The notes: generated from the letters alone by a model not told the origin. Counted from the first letter of the stretch, positions 40,508-54,624 are shown. The stretch is 64,000 bases of DNA from Chrysomallon squamiferum (GCA_012295275.1 CM022671.1:36084001-36148000); one strand, 5' to 3'. Numbers and translations: made by a program.

Positions 40508-40825
40508 AATTAACTCGAAAACAATATCTGAACTTCTATCCCCACCCCTTCAGTTCAGGCCTCATTAATTTCAAAAACTCGCATTCGACTGACAAGGTTA
40601 AAAAGGCTAAAACAGACGATAATAATTCCAATCGTACAAGGTCGAAAAGGCAGAACCAGCCGATAATGAGTTGCACGAAAACAGCAGATGTGTCCTGCTG
40701 TCATTAAACGTCTTCTCTGGTAAGATTCCACGCTTCAGCCTTGCTTGTCAAGAGCAGTAAAAACATTTATAAACAAGAGTTCTTGGTTTTAATTTTGTCA
40801 TCTGGTAATGGGAACAGCTGGCATC

Positions 40826-40829
<4 letters not shown>

Positions 40830-40857
<28 letters not shown>

Positions 40858-41043
40858 TTGTGGGTGTGGGTGTGGGTGTTTGTTTGTGTGTGGGTGTGGG
40901 TGTGCGTTTGTGGGTGTGTGGGTGTGCGTTTGTGGGTGTGGGTGTTTATGGGTGTGTGGGTGGGTGGGTGTGCGTTTGTGGGTGTGGGTGGGTGTGTTTG
41001 TGTGGGTATGGGTGGGTGGGTGGGTGGGTGGGTGTGTGTGTGT
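40830..41043. repeat. (TG)n/(GTGG)n low-complexity tract
   Basis: Directly visible; gives spurious CV/GV-rich ORFs in all three plus frames. Confidence 0.9.
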
Positions 41044-41714
41044 TAATTATATTGTCAAACACTTAATTTGCTTGACTGTTTAAAAATATTTTTAAATTAT
41101 TTTCTTGTTAATTGTTTTATTTATATATTAACTGTATAAACTCAAGATGTATGTTCAGTCATGTTTGTCTTATTTGCTTTATAAGGCGTAGCAGGCATAC
41201 AAGAAAATACAACTAAATGGCAGGTCGTACCAATCTGCGTAACTTATTATAATTACTACAGTCGTCCTTTGTTATCAGTAAAGGTTGCCTGCTTAATCAC
41301 TTAGAAATATTTGGAATACATGTTCACTGAACATTCCTGAACATAATACGACCATGAGATTTGTAGTTAAAAAAATCTATTTACTATATTTGTTAAATGT
41401 GCAGTTTGAAACTGTTCTTAATATGTACCGCAAACAGCGGAAATAGGCTTATAGACAACAGCTGCAGCGACAGCACTAAGTCACATTTAAATTACATTTG
41501 TACGACAACAACGACAACATTGGATCTGGCCTTAACACCTTCTTTTGAATGTTTGACATGAGGCAAAATGGAGAAACAGTTAACAGAAAATGTTAACAGT
41601 AGTTACTGTCAGAATCTCATTGCTGGTTATTGATAGAAAAATAAAAGCTACGTGCTTGATTACGTCTGAAAGTATTGTAGCATACGTACGTGAACGATCC
41701 ATAATACATATCTG

Positions 41715-41806
<92 letters not shown>

Positions 41807-41939
41807 AAGAGAGACGTGAAGTGTTGAGAAAAGACAGTCCAGTGTTTGTGTTTATAATAACCAACACCACACAGCTTCTTTTGAAATCTGTATCAGCAGA
41901 AAACACTGATGAGTGTTATGTAGACAAAGTATAATAGGA

Positions 41940-43927
41940 AACACGCTGACAATTATAGTCTTGTACCTTGTACTAGATAACACGCTAACTGTGACATTAC
42001 ATGTGACACTGTGGTACCTTGTATTAGGAGACACGCTAACGTTGACATTACATGTGACACTGTGGTGTCTTGTACTAGGAGACACGCTAACTGTGACACT
42101 GTGGTGTCTTGTATTAGGAGACACGCTAACGTTGACATTACATGTGACACTGTGGTGTCTTGTATTAGGAGACACGCTAACGTTGACATTACATGTGACA
42201 CTGTGGTGTCTTGTATTAGGAGACACGCTAACGTTGACATTACATGTGACACTGTGGTGTCTTGTACTAGGAGACATGCTAACTGTGACATTACACGTGA
42301 CACTGTGGTGTCTTGTACTAGATGACACGCTAACTGTGACATTACACGTGACACTGTGGTACCTTGTATTAGGAGACACGCTAACGTTGACATTACATGT
42401 GACACTGTGGTGTCTTGTACTAGGAGACATGCTAACTGTGACATTACATGTGACACTGTGGTGTCTTGTATTAGGAGACACGCTAACGTTGACATTACAT
42501 GTGACACTGTGGTGTCTTGTACTAGGAGACACGCTAACGTTGACATTACATGTGACACTGTGGTGTCTTGTATTAGGAGACACGCTAACGTTGACATTAC
42601 ATGTGACACTGTGGTGTCTTGTACTAGGAGACATGCTAACTGTGACATTACACGTGACACTGTGGTGTCTTGTACTAGGAGACACGCTAACTGTGACATT
42701 ACATGTGACACTGTGGTACCTTGTATTAGGAGACACGCTAACGTTGACATTACATGTGACACTGTGGTGTCTTGTATTAGGAGACACGCTAACGTTGACA
42801 TTACATGTGACACTGTGGTGTCTTGTACTAGGAGACATGCTAACTGTGACATTACACGTGACACTGTGGTGTCTTGTACTAGATGACACGCTAACTGTGA
42901 CATTACACGTGACACTGTGGTACCTTGTATTAGGAGACACGCTAACGTTGACATTACATGTGACACTGTGGTGTCTTGTACTAGGAGACATGCTAACTGT
43001 GACATTACACGTGACACTGTGGTACCTTGTATTAGGAGACACGCTAACGTTGACATTACACGTGACACTGTGGTGTCTTGTACTAGGAGACACGCTAACT
43101 GTGACATTACACGTGACACTGTGGTGTCTTGTACTAGGAGACACGCTAACTGTGACATTACACGTGACACTGTGGTGTCTTGTACTAGATGACACGCTAA
43201 CTGTGACATTACACGTGACACTGTGGTGTCTTGTACTAGGAGACACGCTAACTGTGACATTACACGTGACACTGTGGTGTCTTGTACTAGGAGACACGCT
43301 AACTGTGACATTACACGTGACACTGTGGTACCTTGTACTAGATGACACGCTAACTGTGACATTACACGTGACACTGTGGTGTCTTGTACTAGATAACACG
43401 CTAACTGTGACATTACACGTGACACTGTGGTGTCTTGTACTAGGAGACACGCTAACTGTGACATTACACGTGACACTGTGGTGTCTTGTACTAGGAGACA
43501 CGCTAACTGTGACATTACACGTGACACTGTGGTGTCTTGTACTAGGAGACACGCTAACTGTGACATTACACGTGACACTGTGGTGTCTTGTACTAGGAGA
43601 CACGCTAACTGTGACATTACACGTGACACTGTGGTGTCTTGTACTAGGAGACACGCTAACTGTGACATTACACGTGACACTGTGGTGTCTTGTACTAGGA
43701 GACACGCTAACTGTGACATTACACGTGACACTGTGGTGTCTTGTACTAGGAGACACGCTAACTGTGACATTACACGTGACACTGTGGTGTCTTGTACTAG
43801 GAGACACGCTAACTGTGACATTACACGTGACACTGTGGTGTCTTGTACTAGGAGACACGCTAACTGTGACATTACACGTGACACTGTGGTGTCTTGTACT
43901 AGGAGACACGCTAACTGTGACATTACG
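41940..43927. repeat. 51-bp minisatellite array, about 39 copies
   Basis: Unit gtgacactgtggtgtcttgtactaggagacacgctaactgtgacattacac; the 17-codon period explains the long ORFs on both strands. Confidence 0.98.
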
Positions 43928-45224
43928 TCTGACGGGTTACAGCGTCGTATCTTGCACTGGGATAATCGATGCATTCACCTGCAAAGTGACTAAGAGAAAT
44001 ATCACATAATTGTGTATCGGCTGATTAACAAAGTCTCCATAAACAAAGTGTTCGACTGCCGCTGATTTCATTACTCGCGGAGTGGCGAGGCGTTACGATT
44101 CCTCAGAGACTGCAGATTCAATTATCAGATCTTCCCAAGTCAGTCCAACGCGACGTTGAGAAACCTCGCTAGCTGTGCGTAGCTGTGGCAGTGTGTTTTT
44201 GCTATTGTTTTTTTTTAAATTGTCATCATCATCATCATCATCATCAATATCGTCGTTTCATCATTGTTAATGTAATTTAGTAATTCATCGCATTTATAGT
44301 TTCTTCTGGCTACTGTTGGAGTAGTAATAGTAGCAGCAGTTGTTGTTGTTGTTGTTGTTGTTGCTGTTGTAGCAGTGATGTAGTAGTTAGTAGTAGTAGC
44401 AGCAGCAACATAAACAGTAGTTGCAGATAACTGATAAATAGTAGATGTGTTGACCAGCGTAAATCGTTTTAAATAGCCAAACATGTGTTCTGTAGTTAGG
44501 ATATAAAGGATAAGCTAAAGAGTAATTTGATTTGTGTTCAAGTATTGCCCCAGTGTTTTCGTGATATGCCCTGAATGTTGATTATATTCAGTGAGAACTT
44601 GAAAGCTATAACACTGTCGTACTAACTCATTTAGAGTCATTCGTCTTTTTGTTACATTAAGTGAGTACTCTGCCTAGAATAGCTCTCACCAGTAAGATTT
44701 TACAGTAACAAGCAAGTGTCCTGGGGGAACCACTTTTCTTAGTGAACCTATGTCAACAAAATTGTGAGACAGACAAGCAAACAGACGGACATATTTAGCC
44801 ATAATAACAGTTGTACGAGGTAGGGAAACGCGGACGCTGCACGGGTCAGATCAGAGTCAGAGACGTTTAGTACGTTGTAATACGAGCTTGTGGAAATGTC
44901 GACATGCTGACTGCGAGCGAGGGACGCAGGCGGAGTGATGCCGTCAATTAGAGGAGCTGCGGGGACCGCGTTGACGTTAAACTGACATCGCGGGACAGAA
45001 TAACGACGTGTTCGCTCAATGGTAGCGAAGTGATGATGTCGCTGTAGTTGTCGATCACGGTGATCAGTAAATTCGGTTTAAATTAACGTGATACAAATTT
45101 GGCTGGGAACACAAGAGACTCGCGTTTCGCGTCTGACATTTAAGAAAGCGCTGATTTCACTTGCAGACAAGTTTACGTTGAGTTTGTTGTCACACATCTA
45201 GTTTGAAAGAAGAGATAGAGAGAT

Positions 45225-45345
45225 TGTAGGATCGATCCTCTTCAAACGACATCTGGGTGTCCTCCAGTTCCAAACAGTGACAAAAAGCGTGGTGTGTATG
45301 AACTGGTCTGTTGGATATTAAGACATAATGTACTGCTGGTTTAAT
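45225..45345 (+). mobile_element. Possible degenerate tRNA-derived SINE fragment
   Basis: B-box-like gtaggatcgatcctc followed by ...gttccaaacagtg...gcgtggtgtgtatg...gtctgttggat and a T-run; resembles a gastropod SINE core from memory only. Confidence 0.3.
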
Positions 45346-46136
45346 TTTTTTTTTTTTTTTTTTCTGATTTGATATTTAACGTATTCTGTTTCTAATCGAT
45401 AGTTCGGCGGGTTTCTGATCTGATGCTGTGAGATTCTAGATTGTGCTCAGTGAGTTGGAAATGAACCAGAGATTCATTAGTTGTGATGAACCTGTTTTGT
45501 CAGCTTTTGAGTGAACTAACAACTAGTTTTTTTTTTGTGAACAATTTATTTGATATATAGAAATTTTCAGTTCATTGCTCAGTGACAAGTAAAACTGAAA
45601 CGTATTATTTTCTCTCTCACTCGCTTTGTGTTTTTGTCTTTGTCCCTGTGGTGTGTCTCTGTGTGTGTGTTTCAGTGTGTCTGTTTATTCATGTCTGTGT
45701 ACATTGCTACACAGAGAAGAAGTGAGAGAGATAGAATAATATTTTGATAAAGTGAAAGAATAACAGAGGGAAATTGCTTTGAAAACTTAAACAATTTAGC
45801 ATCACTGAAAAAATGTGTCACGTTATTAATGAAATTAAGCGGAAACAGGAAAATCTTAGATCGCTGTTTGTTTTAGCTTTGTCCTCGGGGCGGGCTTTTC
45901 CAGACCATTACAAGAATATTATTACAGAAATCTAGATCACATCTCGCTGTCAGGATTGGCTCAGTCTTTTAAAATCCTCCAGGCTTTAATTATAAGCGCA
46001 ATTTAGTTGCTAATGATGCGAGAGAAACGTAGTAAGTGACACTCTTATATAATGTGTGGTGAAACTCAAACACTGGTAACTTTCCCTCCTAAATTACTTT
46101 TCAGAATTCTTTTTTTAGTCTACAATTATTTCTGTC

Positions 46137-46188
<52 letters not shown>

Positions 46189-47014
46189 ATCAGAAATGAA
46201 AGGCATATACTACATACACGTGTATATATTGCTCTATTTTTCTGTCTATTCATCCATCTGTCTGATCTTCCATCTATCTATCTGTCTGTCTGTCTGTCTG
46301 TCTACTCATCTGTCTCTCCATCAATCTTGCTACATATTTCTTTATTTTGAATATCTCTCTGTTCAGCTGTTTATTTTATTTTCTTACTTATTTATTAATT
46401 ATTTATTTATTTTTATTCGTTTCTCTCTGATATTTGTTCTCACTGTTTCTTAAAATATATATATATACATTTTTTTTTTTTTTTCAAAATATATCTCCTA
46501 ATATTATTTCCAAATTATCTTTATGTTTTTCTTAAACATTTCATGGAATTTATTTTCTGTCTTGATCCACCAATCGATCTATTTTTATGTTAAACACAGA
46601 CACACAGACTGACTCGCAGACACACAGACAGACAGACAGACAGAAACAGACACAGCTAAATAAGAAAACGTTCTTCACTGAAAACAACAGAGTGAGCGTC
46701 TCGCGTTGATCACGTACACTGGACTGAAAAAACGCAATTTGAGAAACTTGTTAGAGAATCTGAAAAACAGATTGGTGATTTTGCCAAATTACTGGCACTA
46801 TTACAGAAGATGTGATGTATGATTATTCTGCACGTTGCCTGTGGCTGTAGTCGCTTTCACATTAATCTAATAAAATGTCCTAAATCAAAATAAGTAGCAA
46901 TGTTCTACAACACGAAAACACTTTGAGCACTGAGCGCGAACATATATCTTAACATTCTTATTCATATGTGTTAATACACTTATATAGAAACTACACAATA
47001 CAGCACAATGTGTT

Positions 47015-47552
47015 ATTCACAGTATAAAATACAGCACTTATTTACACTGTAAGATACAGCACTTATTTACAATACTTATTTACATAATAAGATACAGTAC
47101 TTATTTACACTATAATATACAATACTTATTTACAATACTTATTTACACAATAAGATACAATACTTATTTACAATACTTATTTACACAATAAGATACAATA
47201 CTTATTTACAATACTTATTTACACAATAAGATACAATACTTATTTACGCTATAAGATACAGTACTTATTTACGCTATAAAATACAGCACTTACTTACACT
47301 GTAAGATACAGCACTTATTTACAATACTTGTTTACACAATAAGATACAATACTTATTTACACTATAGGATACAGTACTTATTTACACTATAGGATACAGT
47401 ACTTATTTACACTATAGGATACAGTACTTATTTACACTATAGGATACAGTACTTATTTACACTATAGGATACAGTACTTATTTACAATATAGGATACAGT
47501 GCTTATTTACACTATAGGATACAGTACTTATTCACACTGTAAGATACAACAC
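47015..47552. repeat. Minisatellite with a 25-bp core unit and 38-bp variants
   Basis: acttatttacactataggatacagt repeated, with interspersed aatacttatttac sub-repeats. Confidence 0.93.
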
Positions 47553-47728
47553 TGGAGGACGGACATGTGGTGTTTCTAGATAAATGATGTTATCCACGTA
47601 ACAAGTGTACATCGAGTGACGTCTTTGTCCACACGAGCTCATTAATGTCTGCCAGATAATGTTGTAATCTCGTCACTAACAAAACTGTTTAGATCGCACA
47701 CAAAGAGTCATGGAGAAACACATGTATA

Positions 47729-47799
<71 letters not shown>

Positions 47800-49480
47800 T
47801 TTTTGAATGAAAACCATCAAAATAGTCGTTTAAATCGAAATCAGCAGTTAAACACTAAAGACGCAACTCTGAACAGTATACGTATACATATATACTTATG
47901 TGCATGTGTGTGTGTGTGTGTGTGAACGAGAGAGCGCACAGGTGCGTACTAGTATTTATACATGAACACAGATATACATAAAATAAAACTCATAAAAACC
48001 TATACTTCATCATTTGGACTTTTAGAAATCACACCTATTTGGAAATCATCTAGCTTTCGGAGGACACCGTTTTTTTCAGAAATAACATATTTTAAATTTA
48101 TAAACGTTTGGCTGAAGTCTTTTTTTCTTTAATAAAAAAAATTCTTTAAATGATGAAACTCTTCACCCATTTCATTATTTGCAGATAGAAAGAATATGCA
48201 TTTTGCCAAAGGTATTTTTCTATTTATGTTTTCCAATGTGGAGACTGTGATTTGAGAAGTGTAATAATGTTAACTAGAGGAGTTTATAAACGTGACTTGA
48301 GAAAGTGTTTGATTTAAGCACTTTAGGCGATGTTAGGTGAGTTTAGGTGAGTTTGCAGTTTTATTATTCTAACGTTTGTAAAAACCAAACATATAATCTT
48401 GCAGAAATCATTTGTTTTGATACATCTACGTCTAGTATAGAGTAAAATAAAAATAAACACATCATTATATACTGTTTTCATTATCTCTCTCTCTCACTTT
48501 CTCTCTCTGTCTGAATTGTACGGTGTTTTAGAAGTAGTTTATTGAGTTTGACAGAAGAAATATCAGCGTCCTTCTCGATTTCTTTCCATTATTATTTGAA
48601 CGATGAACACTGCATGACCCGAGCAGACGTCGCTTTATTGCATCACAGAAACTCGAGATGTTCTTCCGTCAGCGAGGTGATAAAACAATGTCGATAACAT
48701 CCAGACAGAAATAATTTGTAAATCGAGATTTGTCTTGTTGCAGATGTCAGATATCTATATTCAGGGTTACTGTTGATCACTTTCTCAGAAGAGAGACACA
48801 CAGACAGAAATAATGAATTTTTAAATGTATTTATTTAACTTTTGTGTGCTGTTTCGTACACGAAAAAAACTCACCTTTATCGATTCCTTTTCTTTCCGTG
48901 ATTTTTATTATTGTTATTGTTATTATTTAATTTCTGTTTTACATTCTTTATTCAATTATTATTACTACTACCATTATTACTGTTACTACTATTACTTAAT
49001 TAATACTACTTCTACTATACCATTACTACTATTAGAACTACAAATAATTCAAATATCACTAGTATTACTGCTACCACTACTACTTCTACTACTACTATTC
49101 TTATTAGTACTCATAATATAGTAACTGCTGCTGTTATCATTGTTTGTTGATGTAAATTATTACGTAACATTTATTACAAAGTAAATCTGCAAAAAATAAA
49201 CTCTTTTTTGTTCTGCCATATCCGTTTTTTCTTTTTCTTTCTTTCTTAATAAATAAACAGAGAGAAGAGGGAAAAGATAAATTAACAAAAAGAAAAAAAG
49301 GGGGGTGACTATCAATAATAGTCTGACAGAAAGAAAATCACAAGAACAAGAAGAAAGAAAGGAAAAGAAAGAAAGAAAGAAAAAAGAGAAAGAAGGAAAA
49401 GGAAAGAAAGATAGAATTTGACTAAGACCTCTGGTGACAGACATACTGAAAAAGAGTTTAAAGTTTTGTTTTATTTTCAG

Positions 49481-52048
49481 TGATTCACACGCTCATACTT
49501 GTTCTTCCCTTGGTTCTGTCGTGTCCCAAGGACGCTGTGATGGAGGTGTTCGTCTGTTTGTCCAATCTAACCGTGGGGCTCACGTCCAACGGCGTCGCGG
49601 GGGCAGATTCAGCGGCCATCAGAAAACACTGCAGGTTTTTATCTACGTATTTTAAAAATTAAATACACACACATACACACATCACATACATACACATCTC
49701 ACACACATACATACATCACATACATACACATCTCACACACATACAAACACCACATACATACACATCTCACACACATACACACACCACATACATACACATC
49801 TCACACACATACACACATCACATACATACACATCTCACACACATACATCACATACACATACACACCACATACATACCCATCTCACACACATACATAAATA
49901 CACATACATGTAGATACACACAAAGTACGAACATATAAATATACATATATACACATCAACACATAACAAATATATACATATACATCACACACATATCACA
50001 TACATAAATGCACATACATATACATACACACATAGTACAAACATGCACATGCATCACACACAGGTATCATATACATAAACATATCACACATGGCCATTAC
50101 ACACAGACACACAAAAAACATTCACGTACATTACAATGATATAACTATTTCTTTTGCAGTACTGGACAGTTCGGGACGTCAATTTCGTGTGTTGAAAACT
50201 TGTTTTACATCTGCCAAGAAACCGATCAAATAGACATGTTACACAACATAGCCGACCCCAGACAGATCAGAGCCTCGTTTGCGATGATGTGTCGAAATCT
50301 CGACTGTAAATTTTCTAAATAATTTTAACTTAATTTTGTATTCGAAAATCTGTTTCTGGTGACAACTGCTAACCTAAATAAAATCACCACAGGTCGACAC
50401 TCACTAATCCGCCATTTGTTTGGACGAATTGGTTATTTTACCGGATACAGTTTCAAACTTTAAGTTCAAGCTTATCTTTTAAGGACAGAGTATTGATGTT
50501 TGCGCTTTACACAACGAGAAACATTTCCTTTATTCACCGAAGTCATGGCTACGCTTAGAAATTAGCAGATTAGAGCAGTAAAATGAGAAAAAAAATTGGA
50601 ATTGCTCACCTATTTTTGCACCTTGACGACCGCAATATTTATTAAAAGTGCAGCAACAGGTTCGTGCGGTAACCCAGCAATTTTGAAAATACGTTGTGGA
50701 GGATTACTAATACAATCTGATTAATGTTTGTCGGATCAGTGATGGTTGACCTGTATTTTTCTCTGTTTATTTATTTTTATTTTTATTTTTATTTCTCATA
50801 TTTTTATTTGATTCGTCGGCTTCAGACAAGCTAAATTTTTTTTTTTTTTTCCAAGTAAACCTTTGAAAGATAATATTTCTAACGCTCTAATGTTGCTTCG
50901 AAAGCCTACTTCTACTATCACTACCGCTGTTACTACTTCACCACTACTATTACTACTATTTCTACTATATTACTATTGTGCCTATACTACTGTTACATCC
51001 ACTGCTGCTACACTAATAACTATTACTACCCATTACTACGACTTCTACGACAATTACATTATTATTATCATCATTACAATAATTATTGTATTAATATTAT
51101 TATTACTAGTTATTATTACTGTTACTGTTGTTTTTATTATTATTATCACAGTGTACACTCGCTCAAGCGCGTGCATTATGGAACAGGATATTACAATAAA
51201 GATGTGTACAGCTCACGTAGAGAGAAGTTTCAACAACAGCATTCAGAACGCCCTCTATGTGTCACACGTCATCTACGCCTGGTGCAGGTAACCTGTGCGT
51301 ATGTGTGTCTGTGCGTATGTGTCTCCTCTGCGTGAATTGGTTCGTGATACATGCTTATGTGTGCGTGGCATACGTAGATGTGTTGGATGTTTGTGTGTAC
51401 AGGTGTGTATGAATGTTTATGTATATATGTGTATGTTCTGTGTATTTGTCTACGTGTGTGTCAGTGTATCTGTATGTATGTATGCATGTGTGTATGCATG
51501 TATGCGAGTGCCAGTATATATGTATATGTATGCATGGATGTGTGTGACTATTTATGTATGTTTATAGATGTGTCTTTATATAAGTGTAACTGAACGATTA
51601 ACTAAGTTATTTTGTTAGTAGAACTACTATTAACAACTAGTATTAACAACTACTGTTATTTTACGCTGGGAAGCCATAACCTTTGTCTGTGGAGATTAAA
51701 CAAAAATTATAAATTATAGGTTTGGATTCAAATCGTTTCTTTTTTCTTTGTTTCTTCTTTTTATTTATTTATTTAAAAATAAATAAATAAGTAAATAAAT
51801 AAATAAACAGATAAATATTAATTAATCTTGGTATTTTCAGGTATCAGATAGGTACAAGAAACTGTTACGTGGAGCCGGTGACAAAAGCGTGTGGTGAAGA
51901 TATCGGTTCTGTGTTGTTTCACTTCGTCATGGGAATTGTGTCTCCAGTGTGCCAGCGAAGTCCGCCGACATCACGTGTCCCTCCTTTTACTTGTTCCATG
52001 TCAGCCATCTTGTTGTGTGTCGCTGTGTCTTTGACGTCATTCACCTAG
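49481..52048 (+). CDS. Secreted, probably GPI-anchored, 12-cysteine protein of about 220 aa (DUF19/T20D4.11-like Cys spacing); start exon upstream
   Basis: Exons 49481-49634, 50160-50305, 51152-51287, 51841-52048 (TAG), all GT-AG with compatible phases 1-2-1-2. Translation: (V)IHTLILVLPLVLSCPKDAVMEVFVCLSNLT...RKHCS|TGQFGTSISCVENLFYICQE...MMCRNLD|LYTRSSACIMEQ...MCTAH...AWCR|YQIGTRNCYVEPVTKACGEDIG...PVCQRSPPTSRVPPFTCSMSAILLCVAVSLTSFT*. Hydrophobic N- and C-termini; N-glycosylation sequons NLT and NNS. Confidence 0.88.
49662..50115. repeat. CA-rich intronic minisatellite
   Basis: Repeated cacatacatacacatctcacacacatac units. Confidence 0.85.
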
Positions 52049-52124
52049 ATCACGTGTCACACTTTTCTGTGCCTTGGCTGTGTTTTGTGAAAAATGAAAA
52101 ATCTGTCCTGTAATTTACATATCA

Positions 52125-52512
52125 TGACAACGTCATAGATCATTTTACGTCATCAAAAGACAATTCTGTATCTACATACAATTTGGTGTACATAACGGAT
52201 ATATTTTATGTCATGTCTGTTTCGTCATACATCATTTTACGTCATCAAAAGATAATGAATGTTTAAAAATATGTGTTTAACTTTATGTACTATTTCGTAC
52301 ACGAAAACAACTCACTATTATTGATTTCTTTTCTTTCCTTTCATACACTTTGTCATAAATAACTTAAATATATTTTACATCGTCTGTTTCGTCATAGATC
52401 ATTTTACGTCATCAAAAGGCAATATTGTATCTACACATACTTTTGTCACTCATAATTTATAATCATTTTATGTCATTTCTGTTTCGTCAAGATCATTTGT
52501 ACGTCATCATGA
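52125..52512 (+). repeat. Four copies of a ~30-bp motif in the presumptive 3' UTR
   Basis: (gttt)cgtcata(g/c)atcattttacgtcatcaaaag at ~52131, 52219, 52386 and a degenerate copy at ~52481. Confidence 0.8.
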
Positions 52513-52918
52513 GAAAACTGACTGTTTGATTATCGTTTACGTAATATGCGATTGTGTCATGTATTAGAATGTGTTTTGAGTAATTCGGGATTTTGTGGAA
52601 AGGCAGTATGACGTATTTTAATGATTTTCATACATCTTCTATGTCCTCAAGAATATATTTTACATAATACTTAATTTATTTCGAAACTTATGTTACAACA
52701 GAACACTATCATCACAGCATATCAGATATCTTCAGACATATTTATTTATATCACATAATATTTATAAATAACAATATATATAAAATTCTACATATATTTT
52801 GTCATACTTTAGAATATTCCAAAGCCAAACCTGTCTTGCCTAAATATATTTAAATATTTTCCTAATTTATTTATATTTGTTGTTTTTGTTGTTGTTTTTG
52901 TTGTTGTTTATTTAATTG

Positions 52919-52986
<68 letters not shown>

Positions 52987-53674
52987 TTTTTTTATTTTTT
53001 TTTTTTTTTTTCATTTCTTCGTGTACGTCAACTAGTATTAATTATTAACAAAAATTTAACAATACATTTTTTGTTGTTATTATGGATTTACAGTTGCATC
53101 TCGTGACAGTATTATCTTTTTAAAGAAATTTAGAAGTAATGATATACTAATTATTTTGTATATTTCTGGATTTCTGGGGGGTTTATTTTATTTTATTTAT
53201 ATATATATATATTGTTCATTTTATTTTTCTTCATGGTATAAGATTTTAGTTGGTTTATAAATGATGACACTTTGAGTGAGTGAATGAATGTTGTTTAAAT
53301 AAACATGTTGTATTAATACACATTAAGTGTTTTATATAATGAAGATGTGAAAGACTAAATTCAGTCATGTGATGTTGTATTACCTTGTCTTAGAGTCTCT
53401 GATACATTACGTGTGGAGTCGTGGTTGGATTAGGAAATAGGCAAGTGTCACAAAGAGGACGACTGAACAGAGAATTCAGGGGAGGGCAGTCTTGTGTCCG
53501 AATTTGTCTTAACTGATACTGATTTTCATATTGTTTGTTTTGTTGTTGTTGTTGTTTCCAATTCTTTTTTCTTTTTTTTCTCATTTTTCTTTCATTTGAT
53601 TGTTGAAATAGATTAATAGATAGAAAAATAAAATAAAATAAAATAAAATAATCATATTCAATTGTTCATTATTA

Positions 53675-53721
<47 letters not shown>

Positions 53722-54522
53722 GTTATTGTTATTACTGTTATTGTTAATACTGTTGTTGTTATTATTAAATATTTGTAATAAACAAAAAACAGCCTACGAG
53801 AACCGACTCTCACAGTTTTACAGCTGTTATTAAACTAACGAATCCACACGACAAAACCGCATCTCGGTGTTAGGTGAGTCAAAGATATATTTTTTATTTT
53901 TATTTGTTTCATCTGAACTGGTAACACTAATACTTTTTATTAATTTAATATTTGTTTTAATATAATTTGTATTTATTTTATAAGCTTGTTTTTTGTTACA
54001 GTTTTTAATGTGACGTGCAGATGTAGTAAAAGTACGCATTAACATACATTATTTTTCAGTTATCGAATGCACACATGGCACCATGTCTGTATCTTTTTCT
54101 AAACTACAAATCTTGATCAGAACTCTTTACCTTGCTTTGTAATGCTGTCTAATAACAAGTAAAGCTTCTAAAATCAAATATATTATTTTTATATACCGAA
54201 CAAATTTACGAGTATGGCTGGGTTTTGGACACAAATTAAAACAGGCTTTTCGGTGTAACCTCACATTTGAAGTGGCTTCTCACAATTTTATGTAACCGCC
54301 TTATTTTCTTTCTTAATAAATATGAGCCCTTTGTCCTGGGGTGTGTTAATATTTATGTCTAACGATATTCTTCTTTCATGTTAACTTTTCAGATTTTATT
54401 CTTATTGGACAAAAAACACAGAGAGTATTATTTTATGTTCATGTTGAAAAGACTATTTTGTAAAGATGTAAAGTTCAATAAACTAATTTATGTAATAGTT
54501 ATTTTGTTGGTTTTTTCCCCTT

Positions 54523-54624
<102 letters not shown>

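Noticed and set aside
41940-43927. CRISPR-like appearance of the regular array
   Set aside because: Head-to-tail units with no unique spacers, eukaryotic context and no cas genes.
41852-44009. Three ORFs of about 670-700 aa on both strands
   Set aside because: Artefacts of a 51-bp (17-codon) tandem repeat; no splice, start or domain support.
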